A DNA stretch of 64,000 nt from Naegleria gruberi (taxonomy: Eukaryota): the NCBI GenBank assembly GCA_000004985.1, contig GG738865.1; one strand, 5' to 3'. Shown here piece after piece: positions 21,851-35,953 of the stretch. Under the pieces are notes generated by a model. The model saw only the letters and a list, made by a program, of their open reading frames with translations, made no database searches and was not told where the DNA came from. The position numbers and the translations under genes are program-made. Numbering within the stretch: position 1 is the first letter of the stretch; every line of letters starts with the position of its first letter.

Positions 21851-24800
21851 ATGCCAGAGTTTATTACCACCGATAAACGATTGGATTGGCTCTATGAAAA
21901 AATAGCGGATGCCTTCCATATGGATAAGGAAACAATAGCTTCAGTGGGAAGATCAAAAGAAAATATAGGACTAATACAATCATTCCTTGATGGAAAAGGA
22001 GCAAAGTGTCTCCTTTGGTTCTTCTTCAGTCAGGGAGTGAATGATTTTTCTGATTTTGATGAAACCCTCACATCAAGTTCTTTAAACACCTACTCTAAAT
22101 CACAAACAGTTTTATCGTTCGCAACATCAGGAGAGTCCGATTCCGTAGCTTCACAAAAATCACCTAGAGGAAGTGACGGACCAGCCTTCTTAGTATCAAC
22201 AGATTTTAATGCAAACCCTCTTATTAGTAATGCTATTTGTATTTACTTTGTAAAGGAGGATGAAGCAACACAACTTTCAATGAATAATATAGAAGATATT
22301 GCAATGGGAGTAATATCGGGTAATAAGGGATTGATGAAAGAATTAAAAGATAGATTAGAAACATTATACATTCCTCAACTTTTAAAACAATCGGATTGGG
22401 GAGAACTAAGTAATTCAAGCAATTTAGATTCTAAAGAGGAAATTATGGAATTTTTGGAAAATGTTGACAAGTTTGTGCAGAATGTCAGTGAAGCAAAAAT
22501 TGCTTTGGAATCCAGTATTAGATTGGAAGCTCCAAAGAAGTTCTCAAATTTTGATTCAAAACCAAAATCTTTCCTCAAACAAGCTTTGAACAGGGTTGAT
22601 ATAATATCTTCATTTGAAGAGGCAGTCACAACGTGGATGGGAGACATTGATGCCTTATTGAATGAAGTTACTGCAGTCAGAGAAGAAGACGATGAAAGTG
22701 GTCCTGCTGCAGAGTTAGAATATTGGAAATCGAGAATGGCCAAATTCAACAGTATTACAGACCAATTAAGAAATAAGGTCTGCAAAACAGTTCTAAGTGT
22801 TTTAAAAGCTAAGAAATCGGCAGTGTTAGCTGGGTGGAAAAACATTGATATAAGAATTACAGATGCTGCTAACGAAGCAAAAGACAATGTAAAATACTTG
22901 TATATATTGGAAAAATTCAGTGAACCTCTCTACAAGAGTGATCCAGTTCAAATGATTAACACTCTTCCAGCACTCATTAATGCTATCAAAATGATGCAAA
23001 GGTAAGTTAGCTTTCTTGGAATTCAAATATTAATCTTTTCTAATAACAAATTTCTAAAAAATGTCGCAACACAATTTACCTTCAACAGTATCGCAAGGTA
23101 TTACAACACTTCCGAACGAATGACAGCACTTTTTGTTAAAATAACAAATCAAATGATTATTTGTTGTAAAAAGTACATTGTGAAGGATGGTCGTTTGTGG
23201 GAACAAGACACAGAAAAATTAATAGAAAAATTTAAATCATGCATTGATTTGAATGAAGCCTACCAACACTTTTATAGAAAAACTAAAAGCGAATTACAAA
23301 TGAATCCGTTTGGAAAACAATTTGATTTTAGTGAAAGTGCAATTTTCGGAAAGTTTGACCAATTTTGTTGGAGAATTCAAAAATTAATTGATTTATTTAC
23401 TACATTTAATCAATTTTCATATCTTCAGAAATGCACTATTGAAGGTCTGGATCCAATAATTAAACAATTCATCAAAATAATAACAGTGCTAAAGAGAAAG
23501 AAATATGACTTTTTGGATTATAGAAAATCTGTAAGTAATTAATAATAGCAATTTAATTAGAAATATATTTAAATAATACTAGGTATTTGATACTGATTAT
23601 ATTGAATTCAATAATGATATGACTAAATTGGAATTGGAGTTGGTGACCTTTATTAATAATAGTTTTGCTGAAGCTAGGACAACTAAACACTGTTTGGAAC
23701 TTCTTGAACAATTCAGAAAAGTGCTAAAACAAGACAACTTACAAAGGATTTTGGAGGATAAATTCCGATCGATATTCAGCAACTATTCTAGGGATGTGGA
23801 ACATATTAAAAATGTTTATGAGGAAACCAGCAGAAAACCAAATATTCCAAGAAACGCTCCTCCTGTTGCTGGTAATATTGCGTGGTCCAGACAGCTCATG
23901 AGGAGGTTAGAAGAGCCTATGGACTTATTTAAACAAACTCCTGCAATTTTGGAATATAAGGATTCGAAGAAAACTATCAAGCTTTACAACAAGATTGGAA
24001 AAGCATTACTGAGGTTTGAAGCATTATGGATGGAAAAATTCAATGATGCACTTGAAACTGCTAGAGAAGGTCTCTTGGCTACAGTTTTAGTAGAACAAAA
24101 CAATCAACTATATGTTAATTTTGATGGAGATCTTAAAATGTTAATGACAGAAGTTAAATATCTTCAGCTTATGGATATTGAAATTCCTGAAACAGCAATT
24201 TCTATTTTCAACCAACATGAGAGATTGTTGACTCTTGCTGAAAGACTTAGATTCATGGTCAAGGAATATTATCGAGTTATTTCTCTTCAAGACGATCTGT
24301 ACAAACCAATTTTGAAACCTCTTATTTTATCGTTGGATGAGAAAATCAGTGCTGGGAAATCTGCAATTACTTGGTTATCTGTAAGAATTGATAGATTTAT
24401 TGATGAAGTCATGAAGGCTATCTATTCATTGGAAGATACACTTGAAAAAGTGAACGATATTCTTTCGTATAGATTGAAGGCAAATTGTGATTCTATTATG
24501 AAAACCTTCCTAATTTCCTTCTCCTCGGATGTGAGGTCTATTCAACAATTTTTATCAGACAATGAAAAGTTTGCCAAACAAATGGCTATTGAAATTGATA
24601 TTAAGAATCAAGAAATAGAATCAGCAGCCTCAGACCTTATTGCTATAATTACACACAAATATTCTGAGGAAGAAAAGATGGGAGTAGCTAGAGAGTGTAA
24701 AGTATTCAAGAATCATTTCGAAGAGAGAATGCTTGACTCGGTATCTACTTGCCTTAGAGCATCAGTTAAACATTTGAAAGATAGAATCAGTCAAGACAAG

Positions 24801-27800
24801 AGATACAATGCCAAACCTGTTTTCAATGTTCAATTAGCCTTGTCGATACCTAATATTGTATTGCAACCAAGCTTAGAAGAAATTCAAAAATGTGTTAACA
24901 AGTGTGCCAGAATTATGCTTGAATCCACTCAACACATCTATAGATGGAACCAAGAAAAAGCCAAGGAAAAGAAGAGTATTTTCTCTCAAATTGGTGAAGA
25001 TAAGACTACAATTAAGGGTTTCTTGCAATTGACAGGTGCTATTGCAGGTTTATCAAGCAAACTTAACATATTCATTACTAAATTCCAACAATACGACTTC
25101 CTCTGGAAGCAAGATAGAAATGAAGTAATAACTTCCTTCATTGATGGACAAACAACATTGGATGATAAGAAGATACCACCATCATTGGACGACTTTGAAA
25201 GTAAGATCAAACACTTTTCATTGTTGGAAAAGGAAATTGATGACCTAGAACAATATCACCAAGAAGGATCCCTTTTGGTAGATTTAAAACCAATCAAAAG
25301 TGCTCTTAAAGTTGAAGCTTCCCAATGGAAGTTTGCATACGGTCAAGCACTTAACACAAAGGCAAAAGCTGAAATGGAGGATTTACTTAGCTATATTGAA
25401 GAAACTACAAATAATTTGAAGAGAGATGTTTCTGATATAGAAGGAATTAATGGTGTTATGATTGTTCTCAATCAGTTAAGAGAAAGAGAAAGCACCTTCG
25501 ATTTGGAAATCAAGCCAATTAACGAATCTTATGAAATTTTAAAGTTATATAACATTAAAATTTCTAAAGAAGAACTTGAACAAGTTGAAGATAATGGTAT
25601 TGAATTTAAATGGAAAGCTTTAATTGCACTTTCAAGAGAAGTGATGTCAAAATTCCAAAAGATTGGTCCTGGTTTCAGAAGAGACCTTGAACAAAAGGTT
25701 AAGCAATTCAAGAATGAAGTATCAGATTTTAAAAAACTTTACGAGGAACAAGGACCAATGGAAAAGGGAATTAATCCTAGAGTTGCAAAGGCCAGATTGA
25801 CATCTTTTAAGAGTGCCTTTGACGAAAAGCAAAGAAAATGGAAAACATACACCATGGGTGAACGTCTTTTTAGAATGAAAGAAACTGAATATCCAGAGTT
25901 GGTAAAAATTAGCAAAGAATTAGACTGGCTTTCTGGTCTCTACGATCTTTATACAGAAGTTATTGTTACCGTAAATGGATTTGAAGACATAACATGGAAT
26001 GAATTGGATACAGAGGAAATGACTAATACTCTTAATAGTTTCAATATCAAATGTAAAAATATGCACCCAGCTCTCAGAAAATGGGACGCCTATATTGAAC
26101 TTAAAGATACTATTGAAAACTTCCTCAATACTCTTCCATTATTAGAAAAGTTGAATCAAACATGTGTAACTCAAAGACATTGGAAGCAAATTTCTGAGTT
26201 GTGCAAGAAGACCTTGGACTACAAGAATCCTGAATTTAAAATCAGAGATATTGTCGAAGCCAAGTTGGTAGAACACAAGGATGATATCGAGGAAATTGTG
26301 AATGCAGCCAACAGAGAATTAAACGTAGAGAAAAAGCTCGAAGAAATCAAGGAAGAATGGAAACTTAAAAAGTTTACTTTGGGAGACTTTAAAAATAGAG
26401 GAAAGCTTGTTCTTAAGGATACGCAAGATTTGATGCAGAGTATTGAAGATACTCAATTGGCCCTTTCAACATTATTGGGTGATCTTTATAATGAACCATT
26501 CAAACCAGAAATTCAGCAATGGATGGTAAAGCTTTCAGTCACTCAAAGCGTTGTTGATGATTGGCTTCAAATTCAATCACTCTGGATTTATATGTTCTAT
26601 GTTTTCACAGGAGGTGATATTGGTAGAGAGTTACCACACGTATTTAAAAGATTCCAAAATGTTGATAGGTCATGGGTCAAAATTATGTCTACAGCAGAAT
26701 CAGAACCAAATGTTATCAAACTTTGCTACAATGATGAAATGTTAAGAGATTTACTTCCTCACTTGAAGACACTATTGGAAAAATGTCAAAGAGATCTTTC
26801 AGGTTATTTAGAAAAGAAGAGAATGTTATTCCCAAGATTTTTCTTCCTTTCTGATAAGCAAATTCTAGAAATTTTAGGACAAGGAAGTGATCCTTCATCC
26901 ATTCAAAAGCACTTGCTCAGTATTTTCTCTTCAGTTTCAGAGGTTGAGTTTGATGCCAAGCACAAGAACCAAATTATTGCTCTCAGATCTCCAGAAGGAG
27001 AATATGTACCACTTGTAGAACCTGTTATTTGTGAGGATAACATTGAAGTGTGGTTGAATAGATTAGTAGCAGCAATGCAAGAAACTATTCATGAACTAGC
27101 TAGAAATATGAGTGGAACTCTGTTATCAGATTTGTCTGTTGTTGAGAATAACTCTCTCGGTAGAGATAAACTCACCAAATTTATTGGTGACATTCCTTGT
27201 TCCCAACTTGCATTACTTGGTATTCAATTGTTGTGGACATGGGACAGTGAAATGGCTATTAGAAATTCAAGAGAGAGAAATTCTCTTGCCAATGCCAATA
27301 AGAAATTTACTACAATTTTCAATCACTTGGTTACTTTAACAACCAATCCAAAGTTAACACCTCTCCAAAGAACTAGACTTGAAACACTCATTACAATCCA
27401 TATTCATCAAGTTGAAATCTTCCAAGAACTTGTCAGGAAAAAGATTAAAAATGTCAACGATTTTGAATGGACAAAGAGAACAAGATTCTATTGGAAGCCA
27501 GAGCAAGATAAGTGTGTAATATCAATCACAGATGTAGACTTTGAATATTGTAACGAATATTTGGGTTGCACTGAAAGATTGGTCATTACTCAACTTACAG
27601 ACAGAATTTACATTTCTTGTGCTCAAGCTATGGGAATGTTTCTTGGTGGTGCTCCTGCTGGACCTGCAGGTACAGGAAAAACAGAAACAACCAAGGATAT
27701 GGGTAGAACAATGGGAAAGTATTTCATTACTATCAATTGTTCTGATCAAGGTTCTGTACACTCTATGGGAACTACATTTAAGGGCATTGCTCAAAGTGGT

Positions 27801-30800
27801 GCTTGGTGTGGTTTTGATGAAATCAACAGAGTTAAGTTGGAAGTTTTGAGTGTTGTTGCTGCTCAAATTGCTTGTATTTTTGATGCTATGAGAAACAGAG
27901 CAACAAGATTTACTTTCACTGACGGCTCAGATTTAATTTTAGATCCAACATGTGCTTGCTTTATTACATTCAACCCAGGTTATGCTGGTCGTACGGAGTT
28001 ACCAGAAAATATGAAGGCACTCTTCCGAACTATTGCTGTAGTTCAACCTGACAGAAGAATTATTATGAAAGTTAGATTAGCTGCCTCTGGATTTTCTGAC
28101 AATCAAGGTTTATCCAAGAAGTTCGACATGTTATACAAATTGTGTGAACAACAATTATCCAATCAAAACCATTATGATTTTGGTTTGAGAAATATCTTAT
28201 CCGTTCTGAGAACTTGTGGCGTTTCTCTTAGAGCTGAAACTGAGAAAACTGGTATTGACAATAGATCACCAAGAGAAGAAACCAAAGTCTTAATGAGAGT
28301 CTTACAAGATATGAATAATTCAAAACTAGTAGATGAAGACTCTACTCTATTCAAAGAATTATTGAAAGATTTATTCCCAAATGAGTCTACAGATGAATCT
28401 CCTGACGCAAATATGAATGCAGCCATTGATTCTATCATTGACAAGAATGGCCTGATTAATCACCAACCTTGGAAGCTTAAAATTTTACAATTGTATGAAC
28501 AATACAAGGTAAGACATGGCTTGTGTTGTATGGGACCAAGTGGAAGTGGAAAATCAGCAGCTATTAACATTCTTTGTGAGGCTCTTGGTAAAATTGGAAT
28601 TCAAACAAAGATTAAAAAGATGAATCCAAAGTCTATTACCTCAGAACAAATGTTCGGTACTCTCGATAAGGGAACTAATGATTGGGCTGATGGCGTTTTT
28701 ACTTCCTTATGGAGAGAAACAATGGAAAAGAAGAAGGAATATTCATGGGTATTATTGGATGGTCCAGTTGATACTATCTGGATTGAAAATTTGAACACTG
28801 TTCTTGACGATACTAAATCTTTAACATTAGCTAACGGTGACAGATTGAACATGCCAAAAACTTTAAAGTTGGTATTTGAAGTTGGTAGCTTGGACAATGC
28901 TTCTCCTGCTACTGTCTCAAGAATGGGTATGGTTTACATTGGTTCTTCTATTCTTGGATGGGAGCCTCTTTTCCAATCTTGGATAAAGAAAATCGGCAAA
29001 AGACCTTCTTCTGAGATTGAAAAGTTGAAGTTCCTTTTCAACAAATATGTAAATGATATTTTCCTATTCATTGAAAATGAATGTGCACCATCAATGTCAA
29101 ATGGTAATGCAAACGTTATTTCAACTACTTTGAAGATATTGGATGGTTTGTTCACAAACTTTAACAGAAAAACTTTCCCTGATACTATGATTGAAAGGTT
29201 CTTTATCTTCTCTGTCATTTGGGGTGTAGGAGGTACTTTAGAAACTGCTGATAGAATTAAATTACATACCTTCTTGGAAAAGGAATGTAAGATGAATATT
29301 CCTTCTATGGACTCAAACGATACAATTTATGAGTATACCATAGATGAAAATGGTGATTGGAGAAATTGGAAATTCAATGTGCCTGAATGGACATATCCAA
29401 CAGATTTTGTTCCACTTTTCAATTCCATCTTGATTCCAACTGTGGATAATGTAAGAACAGAATTTTTAATTAATCTTATGGCCAAACAAGAGCACTCTGT
29501 ATTACTTATTGGTTCTAGTGGTACAGCCAAGACTGTTACCATCAAAAAGTATCTTAACGATCTGGATAAGAATAAGTTTAAAAACAAATTTATTTCCTTC
29601 TCTAGTGCTACTACCACTGGTATTGTTCAAAATTCAATCTTCACTTCTCTGGAAAAGAGATTGAGCAATAAGGTATTTGGTCCTCCACTCGGAAGAAAAA
29701 TGTATATTTTCATTGATGATATTAACATGCCAGAAATCAACGAATGGGGTGATCAAATTACAAACGAAATTGTTAGACAAGTTATTGAAGATGGTGGATT
29801 CTACTCTCTTGATTCAAATAATCAATGGTTGAAGATTGTTGACGTACAATTCCTTGCAGCAATGAATCAACCTGGTTTTGGTAAAAATGATATTCCTGAC
29901 AGACTCAAGAGACACTTTGCCATTTTCAATTTGACTGTCCCTTCAACCAAGTCCATCGATCATATCTTTACTACAATTGTTGAAGGTCATTATTGCAAAG
30001 CTAGAAATTTCTTGGATGAAGTTGTTCAATGTGCTTCTACTCTACCAGAGCTCACTAGAAAATTGTGGATCTCAACAAAGGAAAAGATGCTTCCAACTCC
30101 AAGCAAGTTCCACTATGTTTTCAACTTGAGAGATTTGAGTAGAATTTTCCAAGGTTTATTATTGGGTACCAATGAAATTATCAAGGACCATCTCGATTTG
30201 CTTCACTTGTGGAAGCACGAAACTGAAAGAGTTCTTCAAGACAAATTTATTGATGAAGCTGATAGAGAATGGTTCCAAACCACTTCCAAAGGTTTGCTCA
30301 AGGAACATTATAGTGATGATGTATCCAGAGCAATTAAATCCAAGTTGTTTGTTGACTTTTTGAGAAAGGCTGAATACGAAGATGAAAATGTTGGAGGTGA
30401 AGAGTTGGACTATGAAGCCAAGCCAATGAATGATGATCCAAAGGTTTATGAACCAGTTGAAGACTTTGGAATTTTGTTCAATAGATTGGACGAGCTATTA
30501 CTTCACTACAATGAAAAACACAAGAAGGAGCCACTTGATATTGTTCTCTTTGACTTTGCTATTCTTCATATTACAAGAATTTCCAGAATTATTAGAAGTG
30601 AGAGAGGTAACGCACTCTTGGTCGGTGTTGGAGGTAGTGGTAAACAATCATTGACTAAGCTTGCTTCCTTCATTGCAGGATACAAGACATTCAAAATTCA
30701 AGTTACAAAGAATTACCACATTCAAGCTCTATTGGATGACCTTAAGAAATTGTACAAGATTGCTGTGCTTGAATCACCTGTTACTTTTATTTTCACTGAC

Positions 30801-33800
30801 AATGATATCAAGGATGAACAATTTTTGGAATACATTAACATGATGCTTACATCTGGTGATATTCCAGGTTTATTCACAAAAGAAGAAAGAGAAATGATGA
30901 TTGGAGAGTTGCGTCCAATTGCTGTTAAGAGTGATCCTGCATTCTTGGCAACTCCTGAAAATCTTTTCAATTTTTTCATTGATAGAGCGAGAGATAATTT
31001 GCATCTTGTTTTGTGCTTCTCTCCTATTGGTGATCAATTCAGAAATAGAGCAAGAAAATTCCCTGGTATTATTAGTGGATGTACAATCGATTGGTTTGAT
31101 CCATGGCCAAAGGAAGCTCTTAAAGCAACTGCTGACAAGTTTATTGGTGGATATTCATTGGCAACCTCTGAGACCATCAAAAGTGATCTTGTATTATTCA
31201 TGAAGGATTTGCACTATCGTGTCAATGAAATTACAGAGGAATACTTGAACAAATACAGAAGACATACCTATGTTACTCCAAAGACATACCTTTCCTTCTT
31301 GAATAGCTATAGAAAATTATATCAAGACAAGTTGCAACAAATTGAAAGGAAGAGCAACAATATTGCAAAGGGTCTTGAAAAGTTGCAACAAGCTAAAGAA
31401 GATGTCAGAGAGAAGGGTAAAGAACTCGAACAAAAGGAAAGAGATCTTCTAATTGCACAAGCATCTGCACAAGTACTGGTTGATAAAGTTCAAAAAGAAA
31501 CCAAAGCAGCCGAAGAACAAGGAAGAGAAATTCAAAAGAGAAAAGAAAAGCAAGAAAAAGAAGTCAAAGTGGTACAAAAGGAAAGAGATGAAGTTACCAA
31601 AGACTTGAAGAATGCAGAGCCGCATCTTCTTGCTGCCGAAAGAGCTCTTAATAACATTACAAGTGCTTCGTTGAGTAAAATCAAGAAGTATCAAACTCCA
31701 CCTGAGCCAATCATGAGAGTCATGGATACTATTCTTGTTTTGAGAGGTTTGAATATTGAAAAGACTGAAATAGAGGAAAGATCATTAGATCCAAAGAATC
31801 CAAGAAAGATTTTGAAACCTTCATGGAAGTATGCAAAGGAAATGATGAACAATATTAACTTTATGCAAAGCTTACTGAAGTTTGATAAGGATTCAATCTC
31901 TGATGAGCAGGTAGAATTAGTAGCACCATACATGGATGATCCAACACTTACAGTTGACAATGTCAATAATTCATCTGAAGCTGCTGCTAGTTTATGGGAA
32001 TGGGTACAATCCATGGTTAACTTCCACAATATTGCCAAAGTTGTTGAACCAAAACGAAGAATGGTGGAAGAAGCAGAAACTAAACTTCAAATTGCCCAAG
32101 CACAGCTCAAGGAAATGGAAGACGAATATGAGGAAAAGCAAAAAGAGTTGAGAGAACTTCAATTCCAATTGGATGAAGCCCTCAAACACAAGAAACAATT
32201 GGAAGATGATGCCTATCAAACCAGAAAACGTATGGAGGCCGCAGAAGCCCTCATCAATGGTTTATCTTCTGAAGAGGAAAGATGGAGAAAGGATCAAAAG
32301 CAATTCCAATTAGATATTCATAACTTGATTGGTGATATTGCGCTTGCATCTGCCTTTTTGACTTACTCTGGTCCATTCAATCAAGAGTTCAGAAATGTAT
32401 TGATTGAAGACCTTTGCTTTAATGAATTTAGAAATAGAGGTATTCCATTCTCTGAAAAGGTGAATATTATTGACTTTACTACCCATCCAACAGTAATTGG
32501 TGAATGGAGACTTCAAGGACTTCCTAATGATGACTATTCAACTCAAAATGCTATCATTGTTACCACTGGTTCCAGGTATCCTCTTTTAATAGATCCTCAA
32601 GGACAAGGTAAGGAGTGGATCAAGAATAAGGAATCTACAGAGTTAGTAATTACCACCTTGAGATCTGATAACCTCAAAGAAGACTTGGAGAAGTGTGTAG
32701 CTACCGGTAAACCTTTGTTAATTGAAGATGTCGGTGAAGAGCTTGATCCAATATTGGATAGTGTTTTGGATATGCAAATCATCAAGAAAGGAAAACGTCC
32801 AAAAATCAAAATTGGAGAAAATGAAGTCCCATTTAATGAAGACTTCAAACTCTACATTACAACCAAACTTCCTAACCCAAGATATACTCCAGAAATGTTT
32901 GCCAAAGTATCAGTCATTGACTTTACGGTCACTGCTATTGGTTTAGAAGATCAGCTATTGGCTATTGTTATCAATAAGGAAATGATTGAATTAGAAGAAA
33001 AGCGTAAGACCTTACTGAATGACATTCAGGAATGTAACGAAATTATGGAGCAATGTGAGAAGGAACTCTTGGAAAAACTTAGTGAAAATCGTGAGAAGAG
33101 TTTGGTTGATGATACTGATTTGATTGATATTCTTACCAAAACAAAAGAAAAGAACAGAATCATCAAGGAAAAGCTCATGGTTAGTGAGGAAACAAACAAG
33201 AGTATCCAAGAAGCTAGAGAAGAATTTAGACCTGTTGCAACACGAGGAAGTATTATGTACTTTGTCATTACCGAATTGAGTCTCATTAATTGCATGTATC
33301 AAGTAAGCTTGAGTCAATTCATCAAACTTTTCATTCAAGCCATTGATGAATCTGAACAAGATAGAAATACAAAGGTCAGAATTGAGAATATTATCACCTT
33401 TGCAACATACTTCATCTACAAGTATGTTCAAAGAGGCCTCTATGAAAAGCACAGAATTATATTTGCATTATTGTTGGCCCTTAAGATTGATTTGAAAAAA
33501 CCAAAATCAAAGGGTAGAGGTATCACAGCAAAGGAATTCAACTGTCTCATCAGAGCTGGTAATGCCCTCCAAAAGAGTGACGCTCCAAGAATTCCATTCT
33601 CTTGGATTGAAGACAAGATTTGGTTGAATATTTTCAGTTTGAGCAAGGCTGATATTCCTGAATTCAAATCCATTCACCTTATCATTGAAAATAACGAAGA
33701 TGATTGGAAGAGATTTTACTATTCTGCTACACCTGAAAGTGATCCAGTTCCAGATTATTCATCTCTTAGTACTTTCCACAAGTTATTACTAATTAGATGT

Positions 33801-35735
33801 TTACGTATGGACAGAACTATGAATGCTTGCTCTACATATATTATTGATACTCTTGGACAAAGTTTCGTTGACTCAATCTCTTTGAATTTGGAAGAGACTT
33901 GGAAAGAAACTTCTGCAATAACACCAGTTGTATGCTTGCTGTCTCAAGGTTCTGACCTTACTAATTCTATTGAAAAATTAGCACTCCATATGAAGATTAA
34001 TATTGATAGAGTTTCTATGGGTCAAGGCCAAAAGGAAAAGGCTCAAGAATTAGTTAAGAATGCTATTGCCAATGGTGGCTGGGTTTTATTACAAAATTGT
34101 CACTTGGGCATCGACTATTTGGAAGTATTGGAAAAGACCTTAATTGATCTCTCCAAAGAAGATTGCTCTGAAAAGACATTTAGAGTTTGGATTACCACTG
34201 AACCAACACCACTTTTCCCAATCAATTTACTTCAAATGTCAATCAAGGTTACTGATGAACCTCCAACTGGTATCAGAGCTGGTTTGACTAAGGCTTATAA
34301 TTGGCTGACTCAAGAATCTCTTGGAGAAGTTCCTGAAAATAGAAAGTTAATCTATAGTACCTGCTTCCTTCACTCAGTTCTAATTGAGAGAAAGAAATTT
34401 GGTCCTCTTGGTTGGTGTGTTCCTTATGAATTCAATCAATCAGATTTAGAATGTTCAATCCACTTTTTGATTAATTATTTGAATGAAAACGATATCAAAA
34501 AGATTCAATGGAATACCATAAGATACATGATTTGTGATGTACAATATGGTGGTAGAGTTACAGATGCTTTTGATTCTGTATTGCTTTCCAAGTATGGAAA
34601 CAAATTCTATGGTCCTCATATCTTCTCTAAGGACTTTGTATTGTACAGTGATAAGGAAAAGACTTATGAAATTCCAGACAGACCAAAGATTGATGACTAT
34701 CGTAAATATATTTATGAAAACTTGCCATTGTTTGATCCTCCAGAAGTCTTTGGCTTGCATCAAAATGCAGAAATTGTTCACAATGAACAAAAAGCCAACT
34801 TTGTTCTCAATACTATTCAAGGAATTCAACCTAAAGAATCCACTGCAGGCTCAGGAGAAACAAGAGAAGAAGCTGTACTAAAAGATGTAAAGAATTATCT
34901 TGAAAAGATTCCAGAAGAGTATGATACTAAGGAATTGAAAAAGTTTTACAAGAAATTAGAAACTCTCAAGAAGGACAGTGGAGGTGCAAACAATCCAATG
35001 ATTATCTTCCTCAAACAAGAAATTGACAGAATGAGGATAGTTTTGAGATTGGTGAGAAGAAACTTGCAAGATTTGAGTCTTGCCATTGCTGGTACCATTG
35101 TCATGAGTGCAGAACTACAAAACATTTTTGATTCACTCTATGATGCCAAAGTTCCATCACAATGGCAAAAGGTTTCGTGGGAATCTCAAAAGTTGGGTGT
35201 TTGGATTGAACAATTACAAAAGAGACATGAACAATTTATGAACTGGCTTCAAAAAGGTCAACCAAAGTTATTCTGGATTTCTGGTTTCTTCAATGTTGCT
35301 GGTTTCTTGACTGCAGTCAAACAAGAATCAACAAGAAAGCATGCTGGTTGGTCTCTTGAAGCAGTAACTCTCAAGACTGAAATCACAACAAAGGATGCTC
35401 TCAAGGATTCTATCAATGTACCTGATGATGCAGAAGGAGTATTCGTTTATGGCCTCTATCTCGAAGGAGCTATCTGGGATAAGAAAACAAGACAATTGGC
35501 AGATGTTCCAGCAAGTGAATTGGGTCTTGTACATGATTTACCTGTCATTCACCTCTCTGCCAACTCTCCAATGCAAGGAAGTGAAACTATGGGACCTAAA
35601 GAATATGTCTGTCCCGTCTACAAGAATCCAGACAGAACACAAAGAAATTACATCTTTGATTTGCATATCAAGACTCCTGATGATCCAAGCAAGTGGACTT
35701 TGAGAGGTGTTGCAGCTCTCTGCTCCAAACAATAA
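21851..35735 (+). CDS. Dynein heavy chain, axonemal type, about 4581 aa. Model: join(21851..23001, 23089..23530, 23583..35735); introns 23002..23088 (87 nt) and 23531..23582 (52 nt).
   Basis: The three listed ORFs (21851..23005, 23120..23542, 23619..35735) form one gene. The first donor is GTAAGT at 23002; the acceptor CAG at 23086..23088 gives ...MMQSIARYYNTSERMT, which fits the conserved dynein heavy-chain tail motif. An alternative in-phase acceptor 9 nt downstream cannot be excluded. The second intron runs GTAAGT...ACTAG. The motor domain has four P-loops: AAA1 GPAGTGKTETTKD (the TETTK form is typical of axonemal rather than cytoplasmic dynein), AAA2 GPSGSGKS, AAA3 GSSGTAKT and AAA4 GVGGSGKQS. 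It also has a coiled-coil stalk with a microtubule-binding domain and the AAA5/AAA6 and C-terminal domains. Length and start context (AAAAAAAATG) fit. Confidence 0.9.
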
Positions 35736-35953
35736 TAAAATATCAATTCCAAATATCCACTAAAAGTTTACATATCAATCATGCACTAAATCGATTGTGG
35801 ATGATTATTTGAAGTTGAAATTAGAAGAATGTAGTGCAGTACCATTATTATTAGCACAGTGCAGAGGGAGAGAAAAGCCAAAATCATCACACAGATAATG
35901 AAAATCTATTTATTCAGCATGCTTTTTTTTTTTAAATATTAAAAAATTTAAAA

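Noticed and set aside
24986-34881. Many 60-146-codon ORFs antisense or out of frame inside the dynein heavy-chain gene, and similar ORFs inside ValRS, the CH/filamin gene, EF-G, MCCA and the EGF-protein gene (for example 19157..19393, 13306..13707, 48135..48518, 52735..52947, 61445..61819).
   Set aside because: They lie wholly within long, well-supported CDSs on the other strand or in another frame. They are short, have biased low-complexity composition, and lack A-run start context or any recognisable domain. They are expected by chance in frames of coding DNA that happen to lack stops.
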